Shown: positions 16,761 to 27,721 of the stretch, in pieces | Position numbering within the stretch: position 1 is the stretch's first letter | Layout of the letters: each line of letters begins with the position of its first letter | Assembly: GCA_002269645.1 (NCBI GenBank) | Contig: NIVC01000522.1 | Location: forward strand, 124,001-188,000 | From: Macrostomum lignano | Lineage: Eukaryota | DNA: 64,000 nucleotides | Direction of reading: 5' to 3' | Program-made: the position numbers and the translations under genes | The notes under the pieces: model-generated | What the model was told of the DNA's origin: nothing | What the model saw: the letters and a program-made list of their open reading frames with translations, nothing else | Database searches by the model: none

Positions 16761-19700
16761 ATGAGCATCAAATTGAGAGAGACGCTGCCGTTGAGCAACA
16801 TAGATGAGCTTCGCGCCTGGGTTGAAGTATTTGACGCCCAGGCCAGATCCAAAGGAGTCGAAGATACCGACGAGAGACGAGCGCTGACCGACGCTTTCAT
16901 GGGCTGCCTCGGGGTCGCTGAGCTCATAAAAGTCAAGCAGCTGGTTGCTCCAAAAACCCCGTCTGCGATGAAATGGTCTGAAATCAAGCAATGCCTACTG
17001 GCGTTTGTGGAGCCCAAGAAGAAACTGCAGATCGCTGAGAGGACAGCCTTCATGTCTATGCGCCAGGCCGAAGGCGAAACCGTCACCAGCTATGCCGCTC
17101 GTCTCAGGGAGCAAGCCGTCGTATGCGAGTTCGAGAGCCTGAAAAAGGAAGGAGCGGACCCCGCCGAAGCGCTCATCAAGATGCGGCTCATTGCCGGTCT
17201 GGCCAACTCGAACATCAGGAACAAGGTGCTCGAGCGTGAAGTTACTCAAGAACTGACGGTCGATCAGGTCACAGAATATGTTCAGCAGCTGCTGATGGTC
17301 AGCAACTTTTCAGCTGGGTCCCAGGCTGCTGCTCACTCGACTCTTGTGGATTCGGTGGTGCACCAGGCTAGGTCGCTGTCGACCGCGGGTCTGACTACGG
17401 CTGATGAAGCTCACTGCCATCCGGATAGCTCCGGCTCTGTCAACGTTAATTCGGTTATGAGGCAGAAGCAGAACTTCGGACACCAGCGCTGTCAGCGTTG
17501 CGGGTTGAGATCGCACCAGAAGCCCGCTGACTGCCGTGCCCTGAGAGCCACCTGCAATCAATGTGGAAAGCCTGGCCACTTTGCCCGTGTGTGCCGCGGT
17601 GCCAGGACTCACTTCGCTGCCCCAGCTGAAGCAGTCGGCACTCAGCTGAGTCCAGAAGACTCCTATCGTGATGAGCCCGTATTCTACTGTGGAGAAGGAA
17701 AGCCTGCTGAGTTCTGCACTGTGAAAATCAATCACAGAGAAGTGCTGATGGAGAAGGACAGCGGTGCCTCCTGCTTGTTAATCTCACGAAGGATCTGGAA
17801 TGAGCTCGGAAGGCCCCCGCTGAAGTCGGCGAAGTCGCGCATGCTGGCGTATGACGGACACGTTATGAGACAGATGGGCGTTCTGGAATGCCTGGTGGAG
17901 ACCACTGGCAACATCGGCCGCTTCAAGGCGGCAGAGCTGCCCGTCATCGACTGCCAACAGGAGTTTGGGCTGCTCGGCCGGAATCTGCTGGTCCTCGCAC
18001 CGGTGCACCATGCCAGTTCTGATGAGTCAGCCGCCAGCAACAGGTATGAGAGCTTGTTGGGAATATCTGGTGCTACGGGAGAAATCCGTCTTTGTGCTGG
18101 AGCTAGGCCAATTTTCCAGGCAGCCAGAGAACTGCCCTTAGCGCTGAAGCACTTGGTTAAGAAGGAGCTGGACCTGATGGAAAGTGCTGGAATCGTTGAG
18201 AAGGTGATGTCGTCGGAATGGGGCAGTCCAATTGTGGTGACGGTGAAGTCAGATCGGGCATCCGTGAGAATTTGAGGAGATTATTCGGCTGTTAATCGGT
18301 TGGTTCAAGACCAGACCTTCCTCACTCCCTCGATTGAGACAGCCTTTTCGAAAATGGCCAACAAGAAGCTGTTCTGTCGGTTGGACCTATCGGATGCGTA
18401 CTATCAGGTTCCCCTGGATGAGGAATCGAAAGCGGTGACCACCATAAACACTCCGTTTGGTTGCTACAGGTTTAACCGGTTGCCGTATGGCATTAAGGTG
18501 TCGCCATCTGTTTTTCAACGTGTGATGGAAAAGCTCCTGGGAGACCATCCATGTGTCATAGTATATCAGGACGATGTGCTGATCGGTGCTGCGAGCCGGG
18601 CAGAGTTGCAGAAAATTAGGGAGCAGGTGCTCAACAAGTTAAAGGCCGCAAATGTAAAGATCAACGAGGCGAAGTGCGTGATGGAAGCCAACAGCCTGAA
18701 GTTTCTTGGTCACATTATTGATGATGAAGGAATAAAACCCGATCCGGGCATGGTGAAACGTGTGATGGATGTCGAGGTGCCGAAGACCAAGAAAGATTTG
18801 GAGAGATTTCTAGGACTGGCTCAATTTTATGGACGGCTGGTTCCGAACTTTTCTGAGAAATGTCGGCCTCTTCAGGAGCTTCGCCGCGGTGACCGGGTTT
18901 TTGAATGGAACGCGGTGGCTGAGGCGGCATTTTCGGAGGTCAAAAGGAGTCTGGCCTCAAACCCGTGCATCAAGCCGTTTGATGTTTCCGCGCCTGTCTG
19001 TCTTCGAGTTGATGCGAGCGAGAAATCCTTGGGCGCGGTGCTGGTCCAGTCTGGACATCCCGTCATGTTCATGTCCAGGGCGCTCACACAGGCAGAAACC
19101 AACTACTCAAACATCGAGAGAGAAGCGCTGGCTATTGTTTGGGCGGTTGAACGAGCTCGGAAAATGTTGCTAGGGAAGAAATTCATTCTGCAGACCGATC
19201 ACGAGCCTTTGAAGTTTATTCTGAATCCTTGCAAGAATCTTCCAAAGACTGTTTCTGCCAGACTAACCCGGTGGGCTCTGCGGCTATCGGCTTATGATTA
19301 CGAGATTGAATATGTGCCGGGAAAGAAGATGCAGGATGCTGACGCTCTATCAAGGCTGAGCTTTGAAAACCTCGATCCTGAGACGGAGTCTGTTCATCAG
19401 ACTGAGTTGATCACTGACGGAAGCTTGGTTACCGTGGAGGAGCTGAGAGAAAGTACTTCCCGGTGTTCACTGCTTCAAAGACTCCAGCAGAGAATCAGGA
19501 CAGGCCGGTGGGGTCAGGTCTCTCAGCTGGAGCGGCCGTACAAAGCGTGTCGGGAAGCGTTGTCTGTGGAGAACGGGCTGGTCATCCACGGTACCAGGGT
19601 GGTGCCTCCGACCATTCTCCGGCGGCGCATTTTGGAGACCGCGCATGATGAGGTGCGCCCGAGCGCGGAAAATACGAAGGCCCATGTGTCTAAGGAGTTC

Positions 19701-20663
19701 TGGTGGCCTGGACTGGATCGCGATGTCCGTCAGTTTGTTGAGCGGTGTCAGCTGTGCGCTGAAAGACGGCCGGTGGTTCAGCGGAAAATTGACATCTGGC
19801 CATCCGAGAGCGAGCCGTGGTCCCGGGTCCACATGGACCACTGTGAGGCGCCAGGAGTGGGCTTGCTACTGTTGCTGTCTGATGCATACTCGGGTTGGCC
19901 AGAAGCTGTCCAGGTCCCAGACAGGTCTGCGGGCAGTGTGCTGAGAGTGCTGAGAGCGGTGTTCGCCAGAAATGGAGTGCCTCGGACGCTAGTGTCAGAT
20001 AATGCGCCCGAGTTCAGGTCGGAAAGAGTCTCGCAGTGGCTGAACAGTGTCGGCTGCCAGGAGATGCACACCCCACCGTACCATCCGACATCGAACGGGC
20101 AGGCTGAGCGGTTGGTGAGGAGTCTCAAAGGCGGGCTGAAGACGTGGACGAAAGTGGTCCCATTTGACCAGTTCCTGCAGAAATTGCTCCTAACCATTCG
20201 CACCAGCAGGCCTAGCGGGAATCGTTCCAGCTCGCCGGACATTCTCATGTGGGGACGCCGGCTGCGCCATCCGCTGACGATGACCGAGCAGGTGGGTGAC
20301 TCCATCTGGCTGAGGGCTCGGCCTGGCACGGCTCCGGTTCCGGCCAAGTTCATCGTGCAGCACGGCCGGAACACAGCTCTGGTGACCTCAGCTGACCTAC
20401 CAGACGGTGGACTGCGGATGGCGCACGCAAACCAATGGAGCTGCCGCCCGGAGGCGGAGGCCGATCGGCGGCTGACCGAGGCGGCTGGATCCGAGGATCA
20501 GGCTGGGCTATCGATTCAGGGTGCCAAGGCTGGCTCTGACTCGGAGCTGCGTGAACCTGAGCTGACTGACTGTGACTCCCCGCTGAGTTCTGGAGATGAG
20601 ACTCTCCAGCCCCAAAGCTCGTATGATTTGCGGCCTCGTAAACCTGTTTGTTATAAGGTCTAA
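16761..20663 (+). pseudogene. Single-frame gag-pol polyprotein with one in-frame TGA (18273-18275)
   Basis: Two Cys/His knuckles (CQRCGLRSHQKPADC, CNQCGKPGHFARVC), protease KDSGAS, RT VRI*GDY, LDLSDAYYQV and YQDDVL, RNase H VDASEKSLGAVL and TDHEPL, integrase H..WWP..C-x2-C with HMDH / SDNA / QAER. The two listed ORFs share one frame. Confidence 0.92.
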
Positions 20664-21380
20664 GGACAGGTCTTGGTTTCTTTTGTTTTTTGTTTTGCTG
20701 CTTTTGGGGGGAGCAGCTAGATTTTCAAGTTGTCTATTTTTGCTCAAACCAATTTTATACAATTTGATATGACACTTCAGTCATGCAGTGAGTATCAGAT
20801 TCCTCAAGAGCTCATCTATGAGATCTATGCATGTATGTATAACATATGTAGTTACTTTGGAACGGATAGAAAAGTGCGTACATGTCATCCGTCTTTGACA
20901 CAAATATTACAAAAAGTACGCTTGGCTTATTTAATTAAATGTTTAACGGTTAGCAATATTCTAACAATACGGGCTTTTCAGGACTTTAGGGCATCCACGA
21001 ATGCAGTTGATTTAAAAAATTAGAACCTCATAAAAAGTTGCCTTTTTTGGTGTTTCAAAATGACATGTAAGAACTAATTACTCAAAACCAAAGCAACTGA
21101 AAGGCAAGGACGACTAAAGAGGTGCTCCCAAGTTGTCCTTGGAAAAGAAACTTGGTTCACTTTCTGTGATAGTTCGCATAGTAGATTTAAGGTTCACATG
21201 GGTTTAAATTTTACAACCATATGAGTGACGGCCAACCCACAGCGCACAGAGAGTGTACACGCCTGATGGTTAGAAAGTCAATGGGAAGCTGTGCACCCTG
21301 TGTGAGCTTGTGTATGAGTGCGTGCACATCAGAGTAAAATGTACAGAATTGCCTCAGCACTGACTGATTGTTAGCCGATG

Positions 21381-22066
21381 CAGTGTCGTACGCAGTAATT
21401 TTATTGGAGGGGTCGCAACCCCAAATGGCGCCAATATTTGGTCTCTTTGTGGGCGCCCCTGTCTCTTGGTAGGCGCCCCCTGTCTCTTGGTCGGCGCCCC
21501 TGTCTCTTGTTGGGCGCCCCTGTCTCTTGGTGGGCGCCCCTGTCTCTTGGTGGGCGCCCCTGTCTCTTGATGGGCGCCCCTGTCTCTTGGTGGGCGCCCC
21601 TGTCTCTTGGTGGGTAGCCCCTGTCTCTTGGTGGGCGCCCCTGTCTCTTGGTGGGCGTCCCTGTCTCTTGGTGGGCGCCCCCTGTCTCTTGGTGGGTGCC
21701 CCTGTCTCCTGGTGGGCGCCCCTGTCTCTTGGTGGGCGCCCCTGTCTCTTGGTGGGCGCCCCTGTCTTTTGGTGGGCGCCCCTGTCTCTTGGTGGGCGCC
21801 CCTGTCTCTTGTTGAGCGCCCCTGTCTCTTGGTGGGCGCCCCTGTCTCTTGGTGGGCGCCCCTGTCTCTTGGTGGGTGCCCCTGTCTCCTGGCAGGCGGC
21901 TCTGTCCCTGTCTGCCACGTCCAAGAGAAGTAGCAAAAGTTAGGCTCCTTTCATTCGTAGAGCTGGGTTGCCTCGTTCATAAATTTTATAAAGGAGCGAA
22001 ATTTTTATGGCGGCGTTTGGGGTGGTGGGCCGCGACCCCTTGGGCCCCTCCCTGCGTACGCCGCTG
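21381..22066. mobile_element. hAT-like MITE carrying the 20-bp GAGACAGGGGCGCCCACCAA minisatellite
   Basis: TIRs CAGTGTCGTACGCAG (21381-95) and CTGCGTACGCCGCTG (22052-66), 13/15 match. Subterminal GGGGTCGC inverted motifs. 8-bp flanks AGCCGATG / GGACGATT match at 5/8. Confidence 0.62.
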
Positions 22067-22434
22067 GGACGATTTCGCCAACAAGTCTTATGGGCAATTA
22101 AAAGCCATCGTCGTTTAAAATCATTCAAAGTTGTGCCCAACGCAGCCAAACTCAGACTGCGCAGAGACTCAGCAAACAGAACAAAATACTGACTGCGCGT
22201 GCTTGACAACAGAGCGCAGACAGCAAATGCTTTAGTACAATGCATTTTGCTTTTGTAAAAGCGAATTCTGCCCTGCATTGTCTGAACGGTGGTGTACACC
22301 AACCCCATAAATGCCACGCGCTCGACTCGTGCTCAACACTTTACTGCTCAAATATGCGCTTTGGATATGCTATTGCAAAGCAGCTTAAGAATTTTCTTTT
22401 CCACCTAACAGCAGCAGCAGCAGCAGAAGAAGAA

Positions 22435-22502
22435 GCATGCCAACGGAACACCCTTCACGCGGGGGCTGTGTCCTGAGGTCAACCCTCGGGCCAATTGTTT
22501 CG
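22435..22502 (+). ncRNA. HDV-like (CPEB3-type) self-cleaving ribozyme fold at the LINE 5' end
   Basis: P1 GCA(U)GCC 22435-41 / GGCUGU 22464-69 (one bulge). P2 CGGAACA 22444-50 / UGUUUCG 22496-502. P3 CCC / GGG around L3 UUCACGC. J1/4 GU. P4 CCUGAGG / CCUCGGG. J4/2 CCAA. Folded by eye. Confidence 0.78.
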
Positions 22503-22537
22503 GCCACACTCACCCGAGTAGCAGATTACAGTCACCC

Positions 22538-23056
22538 ATGGCCCGTCCTACCGGCCGTCTCGGGGGGCTGTCCTCGCCCATCAGCACGGTGTTTCTCATC
22601 TCCTTTTTTCTCTGCCTGGCCCCCGATCGTCTCATCCTGCGCGCGGGGGACGTCGAAACTAATCCAGGCCCGTTCTGGCCGTGTGGCTCCTGCGGACGCA
22701 ACGTGGGCAGCTTCTCCGCTGTGCAGTGCCGAAGCTGCCTCGTTTGGAACCACGGCAATTGTGCTCATCTTTCCAAGAACCAGATCTACCAGCTTGCCAA
22801 GCAGAACGGAGGCTGGGCCTGTGCGGCTTGTACGAAACCCGCGGCCCCTGCGAAAAATAATTCTGCCGACAGAGCGCCTAAAACCGTCAATACCGCTAAC
22901 CGTCAAGGCCCAAGTGACGCTACCAAGCAGCCACCAGCCACAAACCTGAGGCAGACGGGCCGTCAAAAACGAGCAACTGAACCGACCGCAACTACCAAAC
23001 CTCAGGACCAACCGGAAATTAAAGCCCTCCAGCCAGCCCCCAAGGGGATCAACTAA
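22538..23056 (+). CDS. LINE N-terminal ORF: hydrophobic leader, 2A-like peptide (DVETNPGP) and PHD finger
   Basis: LILRAGDVETNPGP (motif at 22649-22672) followed by CGSC..VQCRSC..WNHGNC..WACAAC, a C4HC3 pattern. The frame is broken just before the APE start. Confidence 0.8.
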   Translation: MARPTGRLGGLSSPISTVFLISFFLCLAPDRLILRAGDVETNPGPFWPCGSCGRNVGSFSAVQCRSCLVWNHGNCAHLSKNQIYQLAKQNGGWACAACTKPAAPAKNNSADRAPKTVNTANRQGPSDATKQPPATNLRQTGRQKRATEPTATTKPQDQPEIKALQPAPKGIN

Positions 23057-23222
23057 ACTGTAACGGCATCGGAGCTAGAACCACTGAGAGCTGGCCGTTG
23101 TCCTGGACCGGGAGAAACCCCACGCGGCCCTGCTGCAGGAAACCTTCCTCCGCCAGGACTCCCGCCCCCGCGTTTTACTAACTACAATCCCGCCGGCCGC
23201 ATCGATTTTATATCGATTTAGC

Positions 23223-25581
23223 TCCTATAGGCCCATCTCCCTACTCAGCTGCGTAGGAAAACTGATGGAACGTATGGTCACGAACCGGCTGTATTTCTGG
23301 CTTGAGACCCGCAGCCTGCTAAACCGCAATCAGGCAGGTTTCCGTAAAGGACACTCTAACATGGACCGACTGACGCGCATCACCCAAGCGATTTTCGATG
23401 CTTTCGAACAGAAGAAGCCGGAGCGCGCCATCCTTATCCTGCTGGACTTCGCCAAAGCCTACGACTGGGCGTGGCGCCCGGTCTTATACGCGATAATGGC
23501 TCGGCTTGGCGTCCCTAAGCATGTTATTCACTTCATCAAAAACCTCCTCTGCGACCGTCGCGCCTGCGTGCGCTGGTGGGACGCGACCTCCAAATGGAGA
23601 GTCTTTTCCGACGGTCTGCCTCAGGGGTCGGTCATCGCACCTTTGCTATGGCTAGTCTACGTCCATGAAATTGACGACGGCATCGACGAGAGCGTCCACC
23701 GTTCACTTTTCGCCGATGACACGGCACTTTTGGCGACGGGCCGGTCAATGGGATGGACGCCTGCGCTGCGAAGATCCAACCCGCGCTGGACCGCGTCGTC
23801 ACGTGGACTAACAATTGGAAGGTAACGCTGAGCCACTCAAAATGCGTCTTCACCACCTTCACGCTGAATCCCAGTGAATGCGGCGCAAAGGTCCTTTCAA
23901 CACTGCGCATTGAGGGGCAGGAGCTTACGTACGATCCGTCACCTACGTTTCTCGGCCTACGCCTTGACGATCAATTGACTTTTGCTAACCATGTCGAGGT
24001 CGTGCGCCAAAAGATGGCCACTAGGCGGCGCTGCCTGCAAACTCTCGCTGGCAAAGTCTATGGCGCTCACCGGACCACGCTGCGCACCGCCTACACGGCC
24101 TACATTCGGTCTGTGTTTGATTACGGAGCTGCCATCTACTTCAACCACGCCGCGCCCACTCTCAGGGACAAGCTGGAGGCTGAACAACATAAGTGCGCGC
24201 GCATCATCACCGGATGCCTCGGTGTCACGAATTGCCGCTCTCTGCTCGCCGAAGCGGACCTACCGGCACTGCACCTGCAAAACAGCTTCTCAGCAACGAA
24301 TTTATCCGCATCATGAGCCTGCCCGACGATGACCCAGCGCGCGAGTTGCTGTCGATCGCGCCACCGCCGCGCCTCTGCAGCAGGGCCCATGAAGCCTGGA
24401 AGCGCGAGGTCAGCCCCGACCAACCTGTCGATATTCTGAGATGGGACGAAGACATTACCTTGAGCAACAAACCTTGTTTCCGCCGCGTTGGACAGTGGCT
24501 GTGCGAACTCGCTGGGTGCCACCTGGAGGACCTCATGCGCCCTGTCAAGCCCGCGCTCCCGCCATGGCACTGGCTGGATAAGCAGGTGACCATCGCGGTC
24601 GACCTGGTCGCCGCCACGCGCCGGAGTGACCCTCCCGACTTCCGCCGGGAGATTGCTGAGAGGACGTCGGGCCTCCTTCATCCGGCGGACGTGCTCATCT
24701 GGACCGATGGATCCACCCGGCCGGATGGCACCGCGTCTGGAGGAGGAGCTATTATCACCTCGGGCCTTCTGGGTATCCGGGAAGATGTCTGTGTGCCGGC
24801 CGGCCGCTGGAACAGTAGCACCAGTGCGGAACTCGTTGCGATCGAAGCGGCCCTTGCCCGCCTGGCCGAGTTTCTCCGTGGTGGCGGCAGCCCGGCCATT
24901 ACTGTCAGGCTGTACACGGATTCCCGTGCCGGCCTCCAAACGATTCTGCGCGGCCCGACCGTCGCGGCGGACGATGTCACCCGACGCGTCTGGGCTAATA
25001 TCGCTGCCCTGCCGAGTGGCTGCAAAGTTCACCTGCAATGGGTGCCGGGTCACGCTAACCTCCCCGGGAACGAAGCGGCTGATGAGATGGCCGGGAGAGC
25101 TACCGAGGCTAAGCAACAGCCGAACACCGTCACCCCTATCGCCGCTAGGACTGTCATCAATCACGTTCTCCGAGGTTGGCGAAAAACGCGAGACCACATG
25201 CACCCGTATCCGAGCCCGACGCCTGGCCACGGCGATCTCCCGAGATGGGGCCAGGTCACCCTTTGCCAGCTGAGAACGCGCAAATCTCCGCTCACGCGCG
25301 ACACGCTCCACCGATTTGGCCTCACCACTGACGACCGCTGCATTACCTGTGGAGAGTCGGACTCGGTCGAGCATTTGCTCCTTACCTGCCCAGGCTACCA
25401 CCAGGCTCGCATCCGCACCTGGGGTGGCATCAGCGTTGATTGGAATACCGTGCTGGGGGGCGAGGGCAGCCTCCTCTGTGACTACCTGCGCAGGGTGGGC
25501 CGCCAAGAACCGCCTATCGACGATCCTGGTGGCAGAGCGGCCCCGACCCGGCCTCCCGCGGGCGGCCGCAGGTCGGAGTGA
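23223..25581 (+). pseudogene. LINE RT-RNase H-zinc knuckle region, frameshifted
   Basis: Motifs are split over ORFs 23265-23825, 23753-24316 and 24193-25581, implying two frameshifts (~23750 and ~24290). Confidence 0.88.
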
Positions 25582-26392
25582 AGAGAGAGAGAGAGAGAGA
25601 GAGAGAGAGCAGAAGAAGAAGAAAAACTTCCAAGATTCGACTCAATTTGTATTGGAGAACTGCGTTATTCAAAGATTCGATAGTTGTCATTAAAGTTTCG
25701 TTTTAACCATGGCACTTAATAAATCATCTCGGTGATAGGAAGGCACTTGTCGCCTCTGACCCCCGGCACCACGGCTTTGATGTCTATATGAGACTTATTT
25801 TCTATGCAAAATAGTAATTACTTTTACCTCTCGCAGTGCAGCAGGCTTGACAGAAAGACAATGTCCATGACGAGACCAGATGATGTTTGCCCACAGCACA
25901 CTTTGCAGCTACATTGCATGCAAATCCAGCAACTTTAGGCTGGATATACAGTCTTCACTTTTCCTCCTTAATACAATAATATTTTTCTCTTGAAGATATT
26001 ATGACCAACAACATGTGCATTTAGTGGCTGAATTTTAGTATACTGAACTAGCTAGCAATCTTCGCCTCCCCCAACGGGGCGGCAACAAAGATAAATTTTT
26101 TTAATAAACTAATTTAGCTTCCAACTTTGTACAATCACCAATATTACTTTCTTAAGGAAAATGACCTTTTAATCAAAGTCCTTTGAGATTTGGCATCAAA
26201 GCCTCCCTTTAAGCCATGGCGTAACTATAGCTCTCCATATTGGTACTTGGCCTAGCAACAACTCCCAATTGACTCTCGGCATCTCAGAAAGTCCTCATGA
26301 ACCAATTGACATCTCAGCTGTCTATTAGTTAAAATTTTATCAAGTTTGAAGTGAGTGCCCCAGTTTTTTGTTTCTGCATTCATCAGATGCAG

Positions 26393-26460
26393 AGTTAAGG
26401 GCCTTGTTCAAGGACGCAAGTTGTTCCAAAGTGGGGTCAAGAATCAAACCCGCGAAGGCT
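26393..26460 (+). mobile_element. L2/MIR-tail-like SINE fragment
   Basis: AGTTAAGGGCCTTGTTCAAGGACGCAA...GAATCAAACCC resembles the L2-derived GGTTAAGxGxCTTGCxCAAGG...GATTCGAACC tail. Confidence 0.35.
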
Positions 26461-26829
26461 ACAACCCCTTCATTCTCGTGGTGATGAGTCAGTAAACAGT
26501 GCAACATACGGCCGGAATGCTTTCGAAGCATCTTAATTAAAGCTTGTTATGAAACCATTCTCGCTACAGATGGCTACATGTTCATGTAAAACTAAAAGTG
26601 AATCGTGCCTGATCTACATGCAGCTGTGCGGCTACACAACCAGCTACAATGTAAACAGCAGTCCGCAGCATTTGTCTAGACCAGAATGCATATCCATCAA
26701 ATCGTTGTTGAATAGTATGAATACCAAGCCATTGAAATTTTTTTGACTGGGGTGAGGGACTACAATCCCCCTACCCTAAGAGATGCTGGAAAAAATTCTA
26801 CAATGCGCATGTGCATGTTTCTCAAGTAA

Positions 26830-27150
26830 AAGTTGACATTGCGCAGGAAGAATGGCTTCATGCACTCGCGGTTCTCGGAGTCTGAGCTCTCGACGACTCC
26901 ATCATCTCAACCAGCAGCTGCAGCGACTGCCGCACGAGTTCCAGCAAGTTCTGCGGCTTCCAGTCTTCTGACGTCTCGTCGAGCGTGTACAACAGCAGGT
27001 TCTTGGGAACTTGAAAAGGATGGAAGAACTGGCCCTGCACGGTTGGTGAGGCTGCGCATGATGGCTTTCTCTAGCAGGGCTGTGCTCACCCGCAGGAACT
27101 TTCCGTCCTGACCCGGAGGCAACTCTGAGACTGCGGGACGTTTCCAACCG
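26830..27150 (-). pseudogene. Mab-21/cGAS-like receptor (cGLR) C-lobe fragment, frameshifted
   Basis: Stitching frames gives KFLRVSTALLEKAIMRSLT-TVQGQFF-ILFKF..KNLLLYTLDETSEDWKPQNLLELVRQSLQLLVEMMES..RECMKPFFLRNVNFY. This recalls the WRxSxxxxEK..L / KTLLxW..W.xxNL..L / C.xFF...N pattern of Mab-21 domains. Recognised from memory, no search run. Confidence 0.5.
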
Positions 27151-27464
27151 TCCGCTACTCTTTCGAATATGAAAAATGTTTTGGTTGGAAATCGAATCTC
27201 TCAGGATGTCCCTGCAACATACTGAGTTGAGCATACAGAAACTGGAATCCCTCGATACCGACATAGCCTATAGATTTTTCAACAGCTACATTTCCATAGT
27301 CGAGGCGCCACGATATTCACTCTGGGAACAAGATTCACTGTATGGAATAAATGTGACCAGGGGGTCGCCACGAATTTTATCGTGAGGGGCCCTGGGACAA
27401 AGCCACGAATTCTACATGAACATGTACATTATTTTCAGAATTGGTGTTGTCAGCACCTCGTTTG

Positions 27465-27712
27465 GCACCGCATGCACTCATTTTAGCGCCGCAGGCACTT
27501 ATTTTAGCTCCACAGGCACTTATTTTAGCGCCGCAGGCACTTATTTTAGCGCCGCAGGCACTCATTTTAGCACCGCAGGCACTTATTTTAGCGCCACAGG
27601 CACTCATTTTGGCACTGCAGGCACTCATTTTAGCACCGCAGGCACTTATTTTAGCGCCACAGGCACTCATTTTGGCACCGCAGGCACTCATTTTAGCTCC
27701 ATAGGCACTCAT
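27465..27712. repeat. 21-bp minisatellite GCAGGCACTTATTTTAGCGCC
   Basis: Read directly. Confidence 0.92.
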
Positions 27713-27721
27713 TGTACGTAC

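Larger units (their letters stand above)
16449..20713 (+). mobile_element. Ty3/Gypsy LTR retrotransposon (Mag-like), 5' LTR plus internal region, 3' LTR absent
   Basis: Candidate LTR TG...CA at 16449-16738, PBS TGGCGTCGCAAGCAGGAT at 16742-16759, gag-pol from 16761, polypurine tract GGGGGGAG at 20706-20713. No second LTR copy follows. Confidence 0.9.
22435..25608 (+). mobile_element. Ingi-like (I-group) non-LTR retrotransposon, 5'-complete but internally deleted and frameshifted
   Basis: Flanked by AGCAGAAGAAGAA(G) at 22422-22435 and 25608-25621 (TSD). Contains 2A-PHD (22538-23056), APE start QLNCNG..LQET (~23050-23145), RT SYRPISL, GFRKG, LDFAKAYD, GLPQGSVIAP and FADD, RNase H WTDGS, AEL, TDSR and WVPGHANLPGNEAAD, and a C-terminal CITC..EHLLLTC knuckle. 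An (AG)n tail directly follows the stop at 25581. Confidence 0.9.

Noticed and set aside
18273-18275. Programmed gag/pol read-through or selenocysteine at the TGA
   Set aside because: The stop lies inside RT at a conserved Cys codon, after the protease and not at a gag-pol boundary. A TGY-to-TGA point change is simpler.
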